From Chrysomallon squamiferum (taxonomy: Eukaryota; Animalia; Mollusca): a stretch of 64,000 bases of DNA. The notes beneath the pieces were generated by a model. The model worked only from the letters and a program-made list of their open reading frames with translations, searched no databases and was not told where the DNA came from. Position numbers and translations under genes: made by a program. Each line of letters begins with the position of its first letter. Within the stretch, counting starts at the first letter, position 1. This document shows, one piece after another, positions 40,401 to 55,800 of the stretch. The stretch is from positions 10,292,001 to 10,356,000 of the forward strand of contig CM022666.1 in assembly GCA_012295275.1 (NCBI GenBank), given 5' to 3'.

Positions 40401-43400
40401 GACCATATGCACATCTCACTCATGTTTTTCTATAATTCAAGATTTAATTCATTGGACATCATCCACTTCTTCTTCTCAGTACTGTCCTTAGTACTCACTT
40501 TCTTAGGATCCATGATCAGAAAAATTTTTTTTGGCAAAATACTTCAAAAAATGCGAGCACAAGACAACAGAGATGAATCTGCAGTGAGGTAACCATGTGA
40601 AGTAAACGAGTGAGCTGTCTGGTTGGTATGTTGTTTGTTGCACTAACAATCTGAAGCTCACTCGTAACTCAGATTTTGGCTTGCAACTCAAAGCAAAACA
40701 TCACCCAGGTGACTGCTCATAACTCAAAAAAAATTGTATGTCACGGTACCACTATAGTTTATTTCACAATTACAGTTAACATACAATTACTACTGTGTAC
40801 TCAATCTTTCAGGTTAAGTTATACATTTATGTCATAAAAGAAAATATTTGCTACTTATTCTTATTACTATTTTTTTAATTAAAAAAGATTTGATAATTTT
40901 TATTATTATTAAATATTTTAATTTTAAATTTAATTTTTTTTTTTTTAATACTTAAATACAAAGTATATTTATGTTATTTGAAAATGAAAATTGTGTTATT
41001 TTCATTATGTCTGATTAATCTTATTAGAACAAATGTTTGTGTGTGTATTTTGTATGTGTGTATGTGTTTAACATATATTTATTGTAGAATGCATAATAAA
41101 TTTTAATATACATTTGTGTATATATTGCCAGCAGTAAATAAAACATAGAAAATGTTTCAGTCTTAAGAGTTCATTTGATACGAAAGCTAACAACATAAAT
41201 ACGTTTTTAATAATTGTCTGCTGTTACATTTTGGCTGATTAGTTTCCTGACCCAGTATGCTTCATTTTGATACCTCATTCATCCGTTTATATCTCAGTTA
41301 CATCTAAAAATAAATGTGCTGACAGTTTCACTCAGGAAATAACAGTGTTCATAAAACTTCTCTAAAAGACACCTTAGGATTCATTTCTATCAGTTTTCTC
41401 TATGGATCAAAGAGATATAGTAGATATAAATATATTTTTCACAAAATATCCAAAATTGAATATTTTTGTGTAACTCCACTATTTTAATGCTCAATATTTG
41501 CATATTTAGGACCTGTTTGATGTGATGGGTCACATTTAGTTATATCAGAATTATCTACTAGAAAGTATATTATTGATTTTCTTTGCAAACTGAAAATTCT
41601 GACATACAGCCACTGCTGTTATACCTCTCTAAGGAATCCTTGTCAGATTTTGAAAGTCACTAAGATATACTCAAATACACTGAGGAATGTTATGTTCTAT
41701 TTTAAAATAGATGAACACGTGTATTACATATTACCTGTTTATTTTGTATTTTAAAACTGTTATTGAAATTTTTATTTATTATGTGTATATTTTGTGTGTG
41801 TGCATATTTAAATAAATGTATTAGTTTTGTGTAATACTAGTTTGTTTTACAATTAGAGTTAATTTACAGTTAACATACAATTACAGCCAATATACAAGTT
41901 GAGTTATAGTCAGTCACTTTACAGTTAATATGTAACTTATAATAATAACTTACCATTACAGAGTAACTCACAATAATATTTTACTTTGCAGTGTAGTTCA
42001 CAACAATAATCAGTTTACAATTACAATCAATTTATAGTTACAGTTATAATTTTCAATTACAAATTAAACTAACCTTTACATATTTATTTTATAATTACAA
42101 TTTTACAAAGTAACAGTTTAAAATGTGGTGTTACATTTAATGTACAATTTATGTTTTGGTGCAGATTAGTCCAGTTACAATGAAATCAGTTAAATAAAAT
42201 ATTGACTTACAATTTATGTTTAATGCTTACAGTGTAATTTACCTCAATACTACTGTTTAACTTTTATTACAGTTACAATAAAAGTTACAATTTAACTGAC
42301 AGTAAAAATTCACTTAATGTTTAACTGGAATTTATAATTTCTTGATTAAAGTTTAACTTACAGTATAAAACACATTTAATTAACTTACAGTTCACAGTTG
42401 TTGTTTTTTTAAATTAATTTATGTTTCACAATTGTTTTAACAATTCATAATTAATTTACAGTTAACTTAATTTATAGTTCATAATTAGTTTACATTTCAG
42501 TAATTAACAGTTCACAAATCAGAAACTGTATTTATCTGACTATATATGTTTCAGATTATTGCTATCCTGTATTAAAATAAATAAATCTTTATTTTTGGCC
42601 AAGATACTGTACAATAATTTAAGCCATCTAAGACTGTATAGAATGACACTGACTGCAGTGAACTGTTCTGTTAGGATAATTTGGCAGCAGAAGACACTGA
42701 TATGATAAAACTGATTGTCTAAACAAAGAAGACACTGATATGATAAAACTGATTGTCTAAACAAAGAAGACACTGATATGGTAAAACTGATTGTCTAAAC
42801 AAAGAAGACACTGATATGATAAAACTGATTGTCTAAACAAAGAAGACACTAGACAGGATTTGTGTTAAACCAGAAATCAATGGTTGGCCATTACACAATA
42901 AATAATGAGTCACTGTGCATGAGTGAATTAGAAATGTAAATATCCCTTCTGATTAATTAAACAACATTATCAGCTTGTGCAAAAAGTACTTATTTGTATT
43001 TCAAAATATTTTCTTATTATGAAGTTCATGTAATGCTGTCATGAAACAGACACTGTAATTAATATCAAAGAAGTAATTTTTAATGTTTACGCAGTAATGC
43101 TAGCATGAAAAGAATGTTATGAACTGAAAAGAAGATTCTATTATTCAAACTGATTCACCTGTGTCTGTTTAATAAATTGCGTATTTGAATGATGCTATAT
43201 TACCGTTATCTGGTTCTATGTAAACATTAAAATAAATAAATAAATAAAAATTTTACTAAAAAAACTATAATATTAAAATTGAATATTTATGTTAATGACA
43301 TCAGAAAGTAAAATAAATTATTGAAATTAAGATATTAACGTTTTTATAAATTTGGTATGAAAAGCATTATACAGAAATTTTAAAGAGAAATCTTGCATAG

Positions 43401-46400
43401 TGCAATGAGAAATTTTCAACAGAAATCACAGTGAGATATAGTGAAGTGACAAAAGTGAGAAATTCTAAATAACCAGAGAACTAACACAGGGTGAAAACTA
43501 TGACAATAAACTATTAAATATATAAAACCAGTGAGGGTATTTCAAATTAATCAAGTAATCAGACAGAGAAAATCAATAACTGTGATTATATATCACATTG
43601 AAAAATGACACAATTATTCCTGAATTAGTCAAGCAAACCTCTATAATCAGAACAAATTAAACAAAATCTTCAGGTTCATGCCATAGGTTACTCTTGCATC
43701 ACATCAATACAACTTTCTACAAAAATATACCTACATATCTATTTGAATTTACCTATGTATCTGATATATATACATGTCTACCTAACTCAACCTGTCTTTT
43801 TACATCAATAAAATTACTGTTTCTGTATCAGTATGACTTTGTATCTACACCAATATACCTTTGTATCCATACCAGTATACCTATGTATATACATCAATAG
43901 ACATTTGTACCTATATTAATATTTGCATCCATACCAATATACCTTTGTATCTATATGAACATATATTTGTATCTACATCAATATACCTTTGTATCTACAT
44001 GAACATATATTTCTGTAATTAAAAATAATAATATGAATTCCATAGAATGAGTATCAGGATTTGTTGTTATATTCACAAAATGGCTCATGTCTTAACATTT
44101 GTGTTAATCTAAATAAAATTTCATCTCAAATTCTAATCCTAATCTTAAAGCCCAACCCTAACACAAATCTTATCCTAACCCTAACCCAAAGCTTAAACTT
44201 AATCCTCACCAACATCTTAACCCTTATACAAGCCCTAAACCTCACTATGACCAAAAACCTTTTAATGTTACATTAGAAAAATGTTAAAAATACAACACTA
44301 TACCATTGTATATACATCAAAACACCACAGTATATATACCTTTGTGTCTACATTAGTATACCTCTGTATCTACACCAATATATCTTAGTATCTACATCAA
44401 TATTCCACTGTATCTACATCAATACATATTTCAACATATTGTCTTTTTACATCAAAACACCCATCTTTGTACATCAATATATGTTTTTGTATATCAACAC
44501 ACATATTTTTATTCATTAACATACATTTTTTTTACTTTATTACTTGTGTTTTATAGGATACTGTAAAAAAAAAAAAGTAAATTTCTGCATTTTAAGCAAT
44601 GTATTTGTTGTTTGTAAATTAAAATGCTTAAAATAATTTCTAGTTTCTTTATTCTTATGTTTATTTGGGTTTGTAAAACAAAACTTAAAATCAAATGTAA
44701 ATTTTTTATGACTGTAAATTAAAACTGATGATCACATTCAATTAAATGAAAGCTAAATGGTTATAAACTTAAAATAGTAATAGTTAAAGATCTCAGATCC
44801 ATTTCACTTTTACAAGATACAGTCAGCAAATTTTTACATATTATATTTAAATATTATTAAACTTGCAATGACACATTATTAAACTTACAATATCCATTAT
44901 TAAATTTGAATTTTTACATTTTGTTTTAGAAATTACATGGTAAAAGGATCAATTAGTTTTTCAGTAAGAACAAAATTTTAAAAACAGAATCATTTTTATT
45001 CATAAACATGTACTGCACTGGTGGTACACTATTTCAAAATAGACTACAATCAATATATTAGCAGTGACCTACATAGTCCAGTGGCATTAGATGAGTACAC
45101 CCTGATTAGATGTATTCAGCAGGAAATACTGATAAATATGGCTGACAAGGATCTATTGGAAATGTTTAATACTAAAGGCAGTGTTCAGATATTGATTGAG
45201 TCTTATGCATGAGACACACGGTGCAGTGTTTACATCCACACACTGTTTTATACACAGTGTCACACATAAACAAAGCTTGTAATTAAAAATAATAATATGA
45301 ATTCCATAGAATGAGTATCAGGATTTGTTGTTATATTCACAAAATGGCTCATGTCATCTCATGTCTTAACATTTGTGTTAATCTAAATAAAATTTCATCT
45401 CAAATTCTAATCCTAATCTTAAAGCCCAACCTTAACACAAATCTTATCCTAACCCTAACCCAAAGCTTAAACTTAATCCTCACCAACATCTTAACCCTTA
45501 TACAAGCCCTAAACCTCACTATGACCAAAAACCTTTTAATGTTACATTAGAAAAATGTTAAAAATATTTTTGAGAGAACTGGGTCAAAGTAGAATATTTT
45601 ACTCCAATACAATTTTAAAAAAATAGCAGTATATTATATTATTGAAAAAAGACGTATGACCAAGTTTTCAGCAGACAGCCCTACTCTAGCATGTGTCCTT
45701 AATGTACACACACAACCTTCAGTGGATATACTCAAACAGCTTAAAAGATACTTTTAAATTACTTTTTGATTTAAACATTATAAAGAGAACAAAAGATCAC
45801 TGGCTGATTTTTGTCAATATCAATATTTCTATGATCATTAATTATATATATATAACAATAGATAATTAATATGTGGGTACTTGATTAAGAAATAATACAG
45901 TTATTTTAGTCACAGCAGTCATTTCACATAGACACACACACACACACACACTTACACCCATATAAGAAGACAGACACCATTACTTTTACACAGGATTAGA
46001 GAAAATGTTACTTTATACCTTAAACTCCAGTTCCTCTTTGACAAATTTGGACCTGAAGTCAGCAAAAGCTCTCTGAAAGAAACCTTTTGGCTGCAGCAGA
46101 AACACAACTTGTATGTGAGATGGGAAGAAGCCCTGCACAGAATTAAAGCTGTGTGTCAGGAAAACACCATTTAAAATAGTTTATGAACAAAATCAAATCA
46201 GGTAACCAGAAACATTTTGTTTAAGACACACTAAGTAAAAACAATTAAATAAATATATTAATTTATATTTATGTCAAAATGTTTCTGTTTTCTCTTTCAG
46301 AATAATATCACATTTATGACTGTTCATTTTATATCAAACTGAATGTGTGTGTGTGTGTGTTAAAATCTTCATATTTAAATCATATTCAAATAAAAACAAT

Positions 46401-46780
46401 AAATCAGTGGTGCTGAACACCATTTTTATATTAATCATAATGTTTACATTAAACATGTGACACAAATATAACTTACTCTGATTTTAAGGAGAATGGCTTT
46501 AACTGAAGACCAGCTGTCATTTCTTCTGTCAATAACTATAACAAAACCAGCTTCTGTATTCTGTAGTCTGTAATAAAAAATACATATTAGTTGATATTTC
46601 TCAGTATGTGTGCACAAACAAAACACACACAGAGACACATACAGACACACAGAGTAACCTGCTTATGAGTTCTAAATTCTAAAACATTAAATATATCTAT
46701 CTGAAAACACACACCTGTACGGACAAATAAACACATAAACACATATACATATTTCTATGCGTATTTCCCTCTAACTTACT

Positions 46781-46835
<55 letters not shown>

Positions 46836-49800
46836 TAGATAGATAGATAGATAGAGAGATAGATAGAAATATATAGATAGATAGAATGGATATATATATA
46901 TAAATATATTTAAACGGACATTGACTGTCAGTGATGAATGCAGTTAGATAATATCTTAATCAGTGTTAATTAAAATAATATCTGACAATAATATTATTGA
47001 TTGAAGTCTACTCTCAGTGAAGGAAGTCAATGATGTTTACAGAAAATGTATAAGCAAACAAAAATCTTATGTCTTTATTTAATCACTACTTCAGCTTCTG
47101 TCCCACATACATCAGAAAATATTGACCAACAAGCTCAGGTTTCAAGAAGCTGTTTTAAGTGAAATGAGATTAAAAACAGAATTGTCAGCACCTTCAAATT
47201 TAATGTTCAGTATCAGTAATAAATATTGATGTCTTTTATTAATTTTAATCAAGTTATTTTTGAATTTAGAGTTATGAAGCTCAATGTTTCCCATGACTCT
47301 ACAGTCTCTGGTAATATTTTTTGACAGTTAAATTTTGTTATGATTAACAAAAAAATTCCCTCAGACAGACAAAGAGACTTTATCCCTAACATAAATATTA
47401 AGTATAATAAATGTTTGATAACTATTTCTGTTTTTAAATTTCTGTTTGACTTCTGTCATTTCAATAATTCTTGTAATACTTGGATGACCAGCCAGCTGAA
47501 TTTGACAATATTTTAATATTCATTAATGTATAATATATAAAGGGTAAAACAAAACCAGTGTAACAAACTATAAAGCTATCAGTAACACAAAGAATATAAA
47601 GATATGAATAACATCCAGAGATTAAAGCTTTGAATGATATCTAAAGTTGTGAATGTCTCACTGAGGAATGCTTTAAATAATACATAAATAATAGTGCTTT
47701 AATAACATAAAGATTAATGCAATAAATAATATATAAGGATAAAGTCATAAATAATATACATAGTATAACATTATGAAAAATGTATAAAGTGTAAAGCGTA
47801 CAAATAATATACAAGCTATAAAGCTATAAAGGTGTGAATAACATATAAAGTGTCAGTTTATATATAATGTATAAAGCTATGAAGATGGCTTACTGAGGAA
47901 TACTGCACAGGTAAGTAATGACTTTTCTGTATTCTTCATCTGAAACTTCAGGTATCTGTGGACAGTCAGGAAAGGTTAAGATGGCTGCACCATTTAATGC
48001 TTTACCACCTGTAAAAACAAACAAAGGTACAAATATAGTAATGGACTGGTTATCTGAAACTAGAGAAGAAATAAAGAAATGTAGTTTCAGTAAACTGATA
48101 CTGATGAGATTGGTTTATTTCAGACATTTGGTACATAGTACTTTTGGAAAACTGGGTTCAGATGAACTTGGATATTCACCATATCACTGTTATGGAATTG
48201 AATGTAAATTTTTTTGTCACCATAATAATACTTACAGGATTTGGTTAATTAAATTAACTTAATGTCAGTTTAATCCAATTCAAAACTCAAAACATGCACT
48301 AATTAAATGTCAAAACATCAGAATCTAAGATAAACAAAATGTGGCATTTCAGAAAAACAGGTTTTCTCGGAAACTGGGCCAACACCACATAAATACTGTA
48401 AACAAATACAAAATATAAGAAACAATTTAAAGGTCCAAAAATACAATTAAAAAATGCAATAAACAAACACACAGGTACAAAAATACAGTAAGCAAATATT
48501 TGGTACAAAAAACAATGAACAAACCCAGGTACAAAATACAATGAACACACCTAGGTACAAAACAAATATAGAGATACATAAATATTATCAACAAACACTT
48601 GCACAATGACAGTATAACAAACACACAGGTACAAAATACAATAAACAAACACACATTAGTAATACATCAGGTTGATTATACAAAATTATTATGTATTTAT
48701 AACTAACGAGAACCTTTACAGTTTTAATTAGAACTGTACTATTTTAATTCTAAAGCAGACTGGTCTATAAGTTTGTGTCTGATGAGTATTTTAAGGTTTT
48801 AAGCACTGACTTATAAATGTTTCCCAGGAGTGATTTCAGCCCTGTTACTGCATGTATAAATAATTATGTTAAGACTGCTTCCAGAAGTCACAGAAAGAAA
48901 CCAGCCTCAGGAGATTTCACTAATCATGTAATATTGTCCAGTTTAAACAGGCCACTCTGTCAGCAGGGAAATCAGAAACTAGAACCTAACTCAACCATGC
49001 ACAACTGCATAATTCAGTTATAAAGCAGAAGCAGTTTTCAGTTTAAATAACAGAAAAATTTAGCATTACAATGTTTTTTAATATTAAAAAAAATTATATT
49101 TACATTTTCAAAATTGCTTCATATATAATAAAGTAATAGAATTGATGAAACAATAATAATTATTAACTGATATATGTAATAACATTAATTCAAGTGTGAG
49201 TTTTATATTATGAAATTGACATACATATTTTTTTTTTACAATTTGAAATGCAGAATTCTATAAATGTTTTAATATTTAAATATTGTGATTTTGTAGCTAT
49301 ATTACAATGATATTTACAATAAATTGCTTGCACAAAAATATGCTCATAATGACTCATAACATATTATATCCTTTCTAACTAACTTCTAAACATTTCTGAT
49401 CAGTAAATTCTCAGGTCACAGTAACTTTGTAATCAAAATGTTTTCTTTAATAAATTATTTTAACAGATGTAAAACTAGACAGACTTTGACAGAACCTACC
49501 AGACAGAGTGACAAATCTTGCTTGGAGAAGTTTAGCAACATCCAGAACTCCAAACCCATGACAAGCTTCACCCATCACATCACCTGTAGAAAAAATATAT
49601 ATGTGCAATAAATACCATTTGTAATGAACTTGGAGTTTTCTGCTAGGGTAAATTTGATAAGTATTTTTCAAATTTGGGAGGTGAAAAATAAATTAAATTA
49701 TTTCAGTTTGATTTAAATTCTAAACTCTTTCTAACACACACACACACACACACACACTTTACCACATTATGAAATAGAAATAATCATGTATAATTATTAT

Positions 49801-52800
49801 TTACTATTTATTTAACTATTTTTATTATGTTCATTGTAATAGTTTTCCCCCCATAACTATAATTTATGTATTATTTATTACATTTTTTCTTTAACAGTGC
49901 TATGTAAAGTTTTATTCTGATGCACACACACAGGATCTCTATAAAGGTATACTTCAACTTTGTAAGTGTGATACTGATGAAGCACGGACAAATTCTGAGT
50001 CATTTATATTTAAATAGCTGACAGAAAATGACTAACACATCAGCTGTGATTCATAGTCATCATAACACCACCTGTGCAACCCACAGCTGGTCATCACAGT
50101 AACAGGGCTTAATCAGTAAATACAGTCATACCCATACCATAGACCAGTGAAATTATTTATTTCATTATCCATTACAGGTAGTTTCAATAATCTAATTATA
50201 ATATGTGTGACAAAATTACAGACTGTATGAGCTCTTATTGCTGTGAAGTGTAAACTTATTAACATTTTAAATATTATTATTGTGATGTATAAAAATATTA
50301 ACATAATTTTAAATATTATTACTTAGAATATAAAAGAGCATAAGTATTATTCCCATTAAGTTATGAAAATAGAAACAGAAATTGATGTATATTTTTATTT
50401 ATTAAAAAGTAACATGTTTAAAAATAAGCCAGTAAGGTAAAGTATTTAGATAACAGTCAACTTAAAAGAAACCTGGTCATTCAACCAAGGAAGATTTCTT
50501 TTTCTTTTTTGCTCTTTGTTTGAGGAAAAACTTTAATTTGTTTGATTGTTTTGTGTTGAAATGAAGAGTTTACCTGTGTGCATGTTTGTCTGTTGTTTCA
50601 GTCAACATTATTTAATGTTTTCAACAAAACATTTCTTCCTGTGACAAATAACTAACAGGTCATCATAAAGAATATAGAAATTTTTAATTTATCTCCTTGG
50701 TTCACACTACCTGTTATAGAGATTAACATTACATAACAAATTTGAAGCAAATACATGGATTCTTTTCCATACATACACAAACAAATCACCTTCAATTTGT
50801 AAAAACTGAAATTGATTAAAATTATCAATTATGCATATATTTTACATATGATTAATTTCCAAGCAGTCAGCAAAAAAAGTTTAAACACACTTGATATCTG
50901 ACTGAAACACAGACTGTGTGTAGTGTCAGCAAATTAAACAGTCTGTGTAAACTATTATATAATGCTTTCCCTTGACACGCCTTCTTCACAGAAAACCAGC
51001 AGACATTTCACTTTGAAAACAATTAAACAAATCTACTGATTAATTTGTCTGTGAAGAATTAAAACAAAACAAAGCAAAATTCTGTTTTGTCAAAAGATTT
51101 TTTGAAAAATGAAGATAACACTTTACAACATGCTACTCTGTCAAAATAAAAAATCAGAATCTAATAATACATTACTTTGTGACAGATTAAAAATATTTTA
51201 TGTTTTATGCATTTTAATTTGTGTTTTAATTATAAACACTCACACACATATGTATATGTATATATATGTATGTATAAAACTCATTTAAAGAGAAAAGCCT
51301 TGCTTGGACAATCTGGTGTCAGAATTATTTAATAACTGCACAATATCATGTCAGAAAAATACTGAAGTTTGTCTTATCAAATAAAATAGCTTCTATTTTC
51401 TTAACAACTCCAGGTCAAACATTATATTTGAAAAGTAGTAATTAAGTTCACCTTAACTGACATTTAGTGCTTTCTTGAAATTAACAAAAACTATATGACT
51501 AAAACTAATGTTAAATAAAATACATTATATGTGTGTATTTATAACCACACTTGACTACATAACAATCAAAATATGACAAAATAAAATAATTTGCTATTAT
51601 TTTTCAATAAATAATTAAAAAAACGCTCTATGAAAAACATAAGACACAATTAAATTTTTTTAAAATCATATAAAAACTACTGCTCCCTGAGTAATTAATA
51701 TAGAAAAATTAAAAGGATTATTAAAATGTATTATCTTAGAACAGAAAAAATAATAGCACCTGTTACCTGAGGAATTAGTAAAAATAACAAACTTTTTTAA
51801 TATTTACAACATCAATCCCTGAGGTGAGATTATTAAACAAGCCTGACATCTACAGAAAAAAGTAAATTAAACAAATACCTTACACATGTCACATACAAAT
51901 ACAATGTTTGTCTTAGAACAGTGATTTGATGCCTGGATGATCATTCATCATTCAAGTGTACATTAACATGATGATAAAGAACACTGCTGCAGACAGATCT
52001 GTAGAGATTTTTGAACATTTCTTATTTGCCTTGATGTGCTGGACTAGTGAATTCTGCTTACAGACCTGTTTTTCAATTAATATTTGTGCTAATGATGATG
52101 GTGTCAGTGACATATTTTTTTTAATAATTATTAATGTTTCAATAACATTGTACAAAAGAAAATCTGTTGTTAATGAAACAGAGAACTAAACTGACAACGA
52201 ATTAACACAAAGAACATACATATTAAAGCATCAGTACTTAATAAAATAATTTACTTCATTTATTTTTATATAGTGTTGTTATATATCCAAAGAAGATTGC
52301 TTTTAATACCGATAAACAGAAAGAAACAAATAATAAAAATGACATAAATGCAGACATTATCTTTGTGTTTTGTAAATTTATGAGATGAAAATCAATAATC
52401 CTTTTTGCAACATGACAATCCGCATATACATGGAAACTGAACTGATTTGAGCAATGTACCATCTCAATAAAACATCAAATATGCACTACAACTGAAATGA
52501 ATTGCTGGAGATGTTATCTTTCTGATACATCACTATACACTAAACGAGCTGACTTACAGAAGGTATTATCTTTCTGATACATCAGTGTACACTAAAGGAG
52601 CTGACTTATACAAGGTATTATCTTTCTGATACATCACTATGCACTAAAGGAGTTAACTTACAGAAGGTATTATCTTTCTGAAACATCACTGTACACTAAA
52701 GGAGCTGACTTACAAAAGGTATTATCTTTCTGATACATCATTGTACACTAAAGGAGCTGACTTACAGAAGATATTATCTTTCTGATACATCATTGTACAC

Positions 52801-55800
52801 TAAAGGAGCTGAGTTACAGAAGGTATTATCTTTCTGACACATCACTGTACACTAAAGCAGTTGACTTACAGAACATATTATCTTTCTAATACATCAGTGT
52901 ACACTAAAGGAGATGACTTACAGAAGGTAATATCTTTCTGATAATGCACTGTATATTAAAAGAGTTGACTTACAGAAGGCATCATTTTTGTGATACATCA
53001 CTGTAAACTAACAGTTTACTTACAGAAGGTGTTATCTTTCTGATACATCACTTTACACTAAAGAAGCTGACTTACAGAAGGTACTATCTTTCTGATACAT
53101 CACTTTACACTAAAGAAGCTGACTTACAGAAGGTATTATCTTTCTGATATATCACTTTACACTAAAGAAGCTGACTTACAGAAGATATTATCTTTCTGAT
53201 AATGCACTGTACACTAAAAGAGCTGACTTACAGATGGTATTACCTTTCTGATACATCACTGTAAACTCACAGTTGACTTACAGATGGTATTATCTTTCTG
53301 ATACATCACTTTACACTAAAGGAGCTGACTTACAGAAGGTATTATCTTTCTGATACATCACAGTACACTAAAGGAGCTGATTTACAGAAGGTATTATCTT
53401 TCTGATACATCACTATAAACTAAAGGAGCTGACTTACAGAAGGTATTATCTTTCTGATAAATCATTGTACACTAAAGGAGCTGACTTACAGAAGATATTA
53501 TCTTTCTGATACATCACTGTGCACTAAAGGAGTTGATTTACAGAAAGTATTATCTTTCTGATACATCAGTGTACATGAACAGACCTGATTATGGAAGGTA
53601 TTATCTTTCTGATAATCACTATACACTAAAAGAGTTGACTTACAGAAGGTATTATGTTTCTGATACATCACTATACTCTAAAAAAGCTGACTTACAGAAG
53701 ATATTACCTTTCTGATACATCATTGTACACTAAAGGAACTGACTTACAGAAGGTATTATCTTTTTGATAATGCACTGTATACTAAGAGTTGACTTACAGA
53801 AGGTGTTATCTTTCTGATACATCATTGTACACTAAAGGAGCTGAGTTACAGAAGGTATTATCTTTCTGACACATCACTGTACACTAAAGCAGTTGACTTA
53901 CAGAACATATTATCTTTCTAATACATCAGTGTACACTAAAGGAGCTGATTTACAGAAGGTATTATCTTTCTGATACATCACAGTACACTAACAGAGCTGA
54001 TTATGGAAGGCATTATCTTTCTGATACATCACTGTAAACTAAAGGAGCTGACTTACAGAAGGTATTATCTGTCTGATAAATCATTGTACACTAAATGATC
54101 TGACTTACAGAAGGTATTATCTCTCTGATACATCACTATACACTAACAGAGCTGATTACAGAAGGAATTATCTATCTGATACATCACTGTACACTAAAGG
54201 AGCTGACTTACAGAAGGTATTATCTTTCTGATAATCACTGTACACTAAAGGAGATGACTTACAGAAGGTAATATCTTTCTGATAATGCACTGTATATTAA
54301 AAGAGTTGACTTACAGAAGGCATCATTTTTGTGATACATCACTGTAAACTAACAGTTTACTTACAGAAGGTGTTATCTTTCTGATACATCACTTTACACT
54401 AAAGAAGCTGACTTACAGAAGGTACTATCTTTCTGATACATCACTTTACACTAAAGAAGCTGACTTACAGAAGATATTATCTTTCTGATAATGCACTGTA
54501 CACTAAAAGAGCTGACTTACAGATGGTATTACCTTTCTGATACATCACTGTAAACTCACAGTTGACTTACAGATGGTATTATCTTTCTGATACATCACTT
54601 TACACTAAAGGAGCTGACTTACAGAAGGTATTATCTTTCTGATACATCACAGTACACTAAAGGAGCTGATTTACAGAAGGTATTATCTTTCTGATACATC
54701 ACTATAAACTAAAGGAGCTGACTTACAGAAGGTATTATCTTTCTGATAAATCATTGTACACTAAAGGAGCTGACTTACAGAAGATATTATCTTTCTGATA
54801 CATCACTGTGCACTAAAGGAGTTGATTTACAGAAAGTATTATCTTTCTGATACATCAGTGTACATGAACAGACCTGATTATGGAAGGTATTATCTTTCTG
54901 ATAATCACTATACACTAAAAGAGTTGACTTACAGAAGGTATTATGTTTCTGATACATCACTATACTCTAAAAAAGCTGACTTACAGAAGATATTACCTTT
55001 CTGATACATCATTGTACACTAAAGGAACTGACTTACAGAAGGTATTATCTTTTTGATAATGCACTGTATACTAAGAGTTGACTTACAGAAGGTGTTATCT
55101 TTCTGATACATCAGTGTACACTAAAGGAACTGACTTACAGAAGGTATTATCTTTTTGATAATGCACTGTATACTAAGAGTTGACTTACAGAAGGTGTTAT
55201 CTTTCTGATACATCATTGTACACTAAAGGAACTGACTTACAGAAGGTATTATCTTTTTGATAATGCACTGTATACTAAGAGTTGACTTACAGAAGATATT
55301 ACCTTTCTGATACATCAGTGTACACTAAAGGAACTGACTTACAGAAGGTATTATCTTTTTGATAATGCACTGTATACTAAGAGTTGACTTACAGAAGGTG
55401 TTATCTTTCTAATACATCAGTGTACACTAAAGGAGCTGATTTACAGAAGGTATTATCTTTCTGATACATCTGTACACTAAAAAAGCTGACTTACAGAAGG
55501 TATTATCTTTCTGATACATCACTGTACACTAAAGGAGCTGACTTACAAAAGGTATTATCTTTCTGATACATCATTGTACACTAAAGGAGCTGACTTACAG
55601 AAGGTATTATCTTTCTGATACAACTGTACACTAAAAAAGCTGACTTACAGAAGGTATTATCTTTCTGACACATCACTGTACACTAAAGCAGCTGACTTAT
55701 AGAAGGTACATTACTGAAACAGTTTTCACTTCAGATAGAAAAAATACTCATTATTAAGAGTGAGGTGCAATATAATGCAGCTTTTATGATAGACAACAAC

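Noticed and set aside
44061-45550. Duplicated ORFs with LNLNPNPNTNLILTLT-type peptides; true telomere
   Set aside because: Translation of degenerate CCCTAA hexamers, too decayed and internal to be a chromosome end.
47918-48262. 114-aa plus-strand ORF (and similar ORFs at 20918, 21536, 38746, 19803, 17881)
   Set aside because: Antisense shadows of real minus-strand DBS exons.
50113-50304. Possible alternative first exon (MDNEINNFTGLWYG)
   Set aside because: The GTATGG/GTATGA donors fall in phase 2, incompatible with the phase-1 exon at 49583.
52514-55708. CRISPR-like appearance (regular partly palindromic repeats) and two identical 60-aa ORFs
   Set aside because: Whole units repeat with no unique spacers, there are no cas genes, and the context is a eukaryotic intron; the ORFs are by-products of the satellite.
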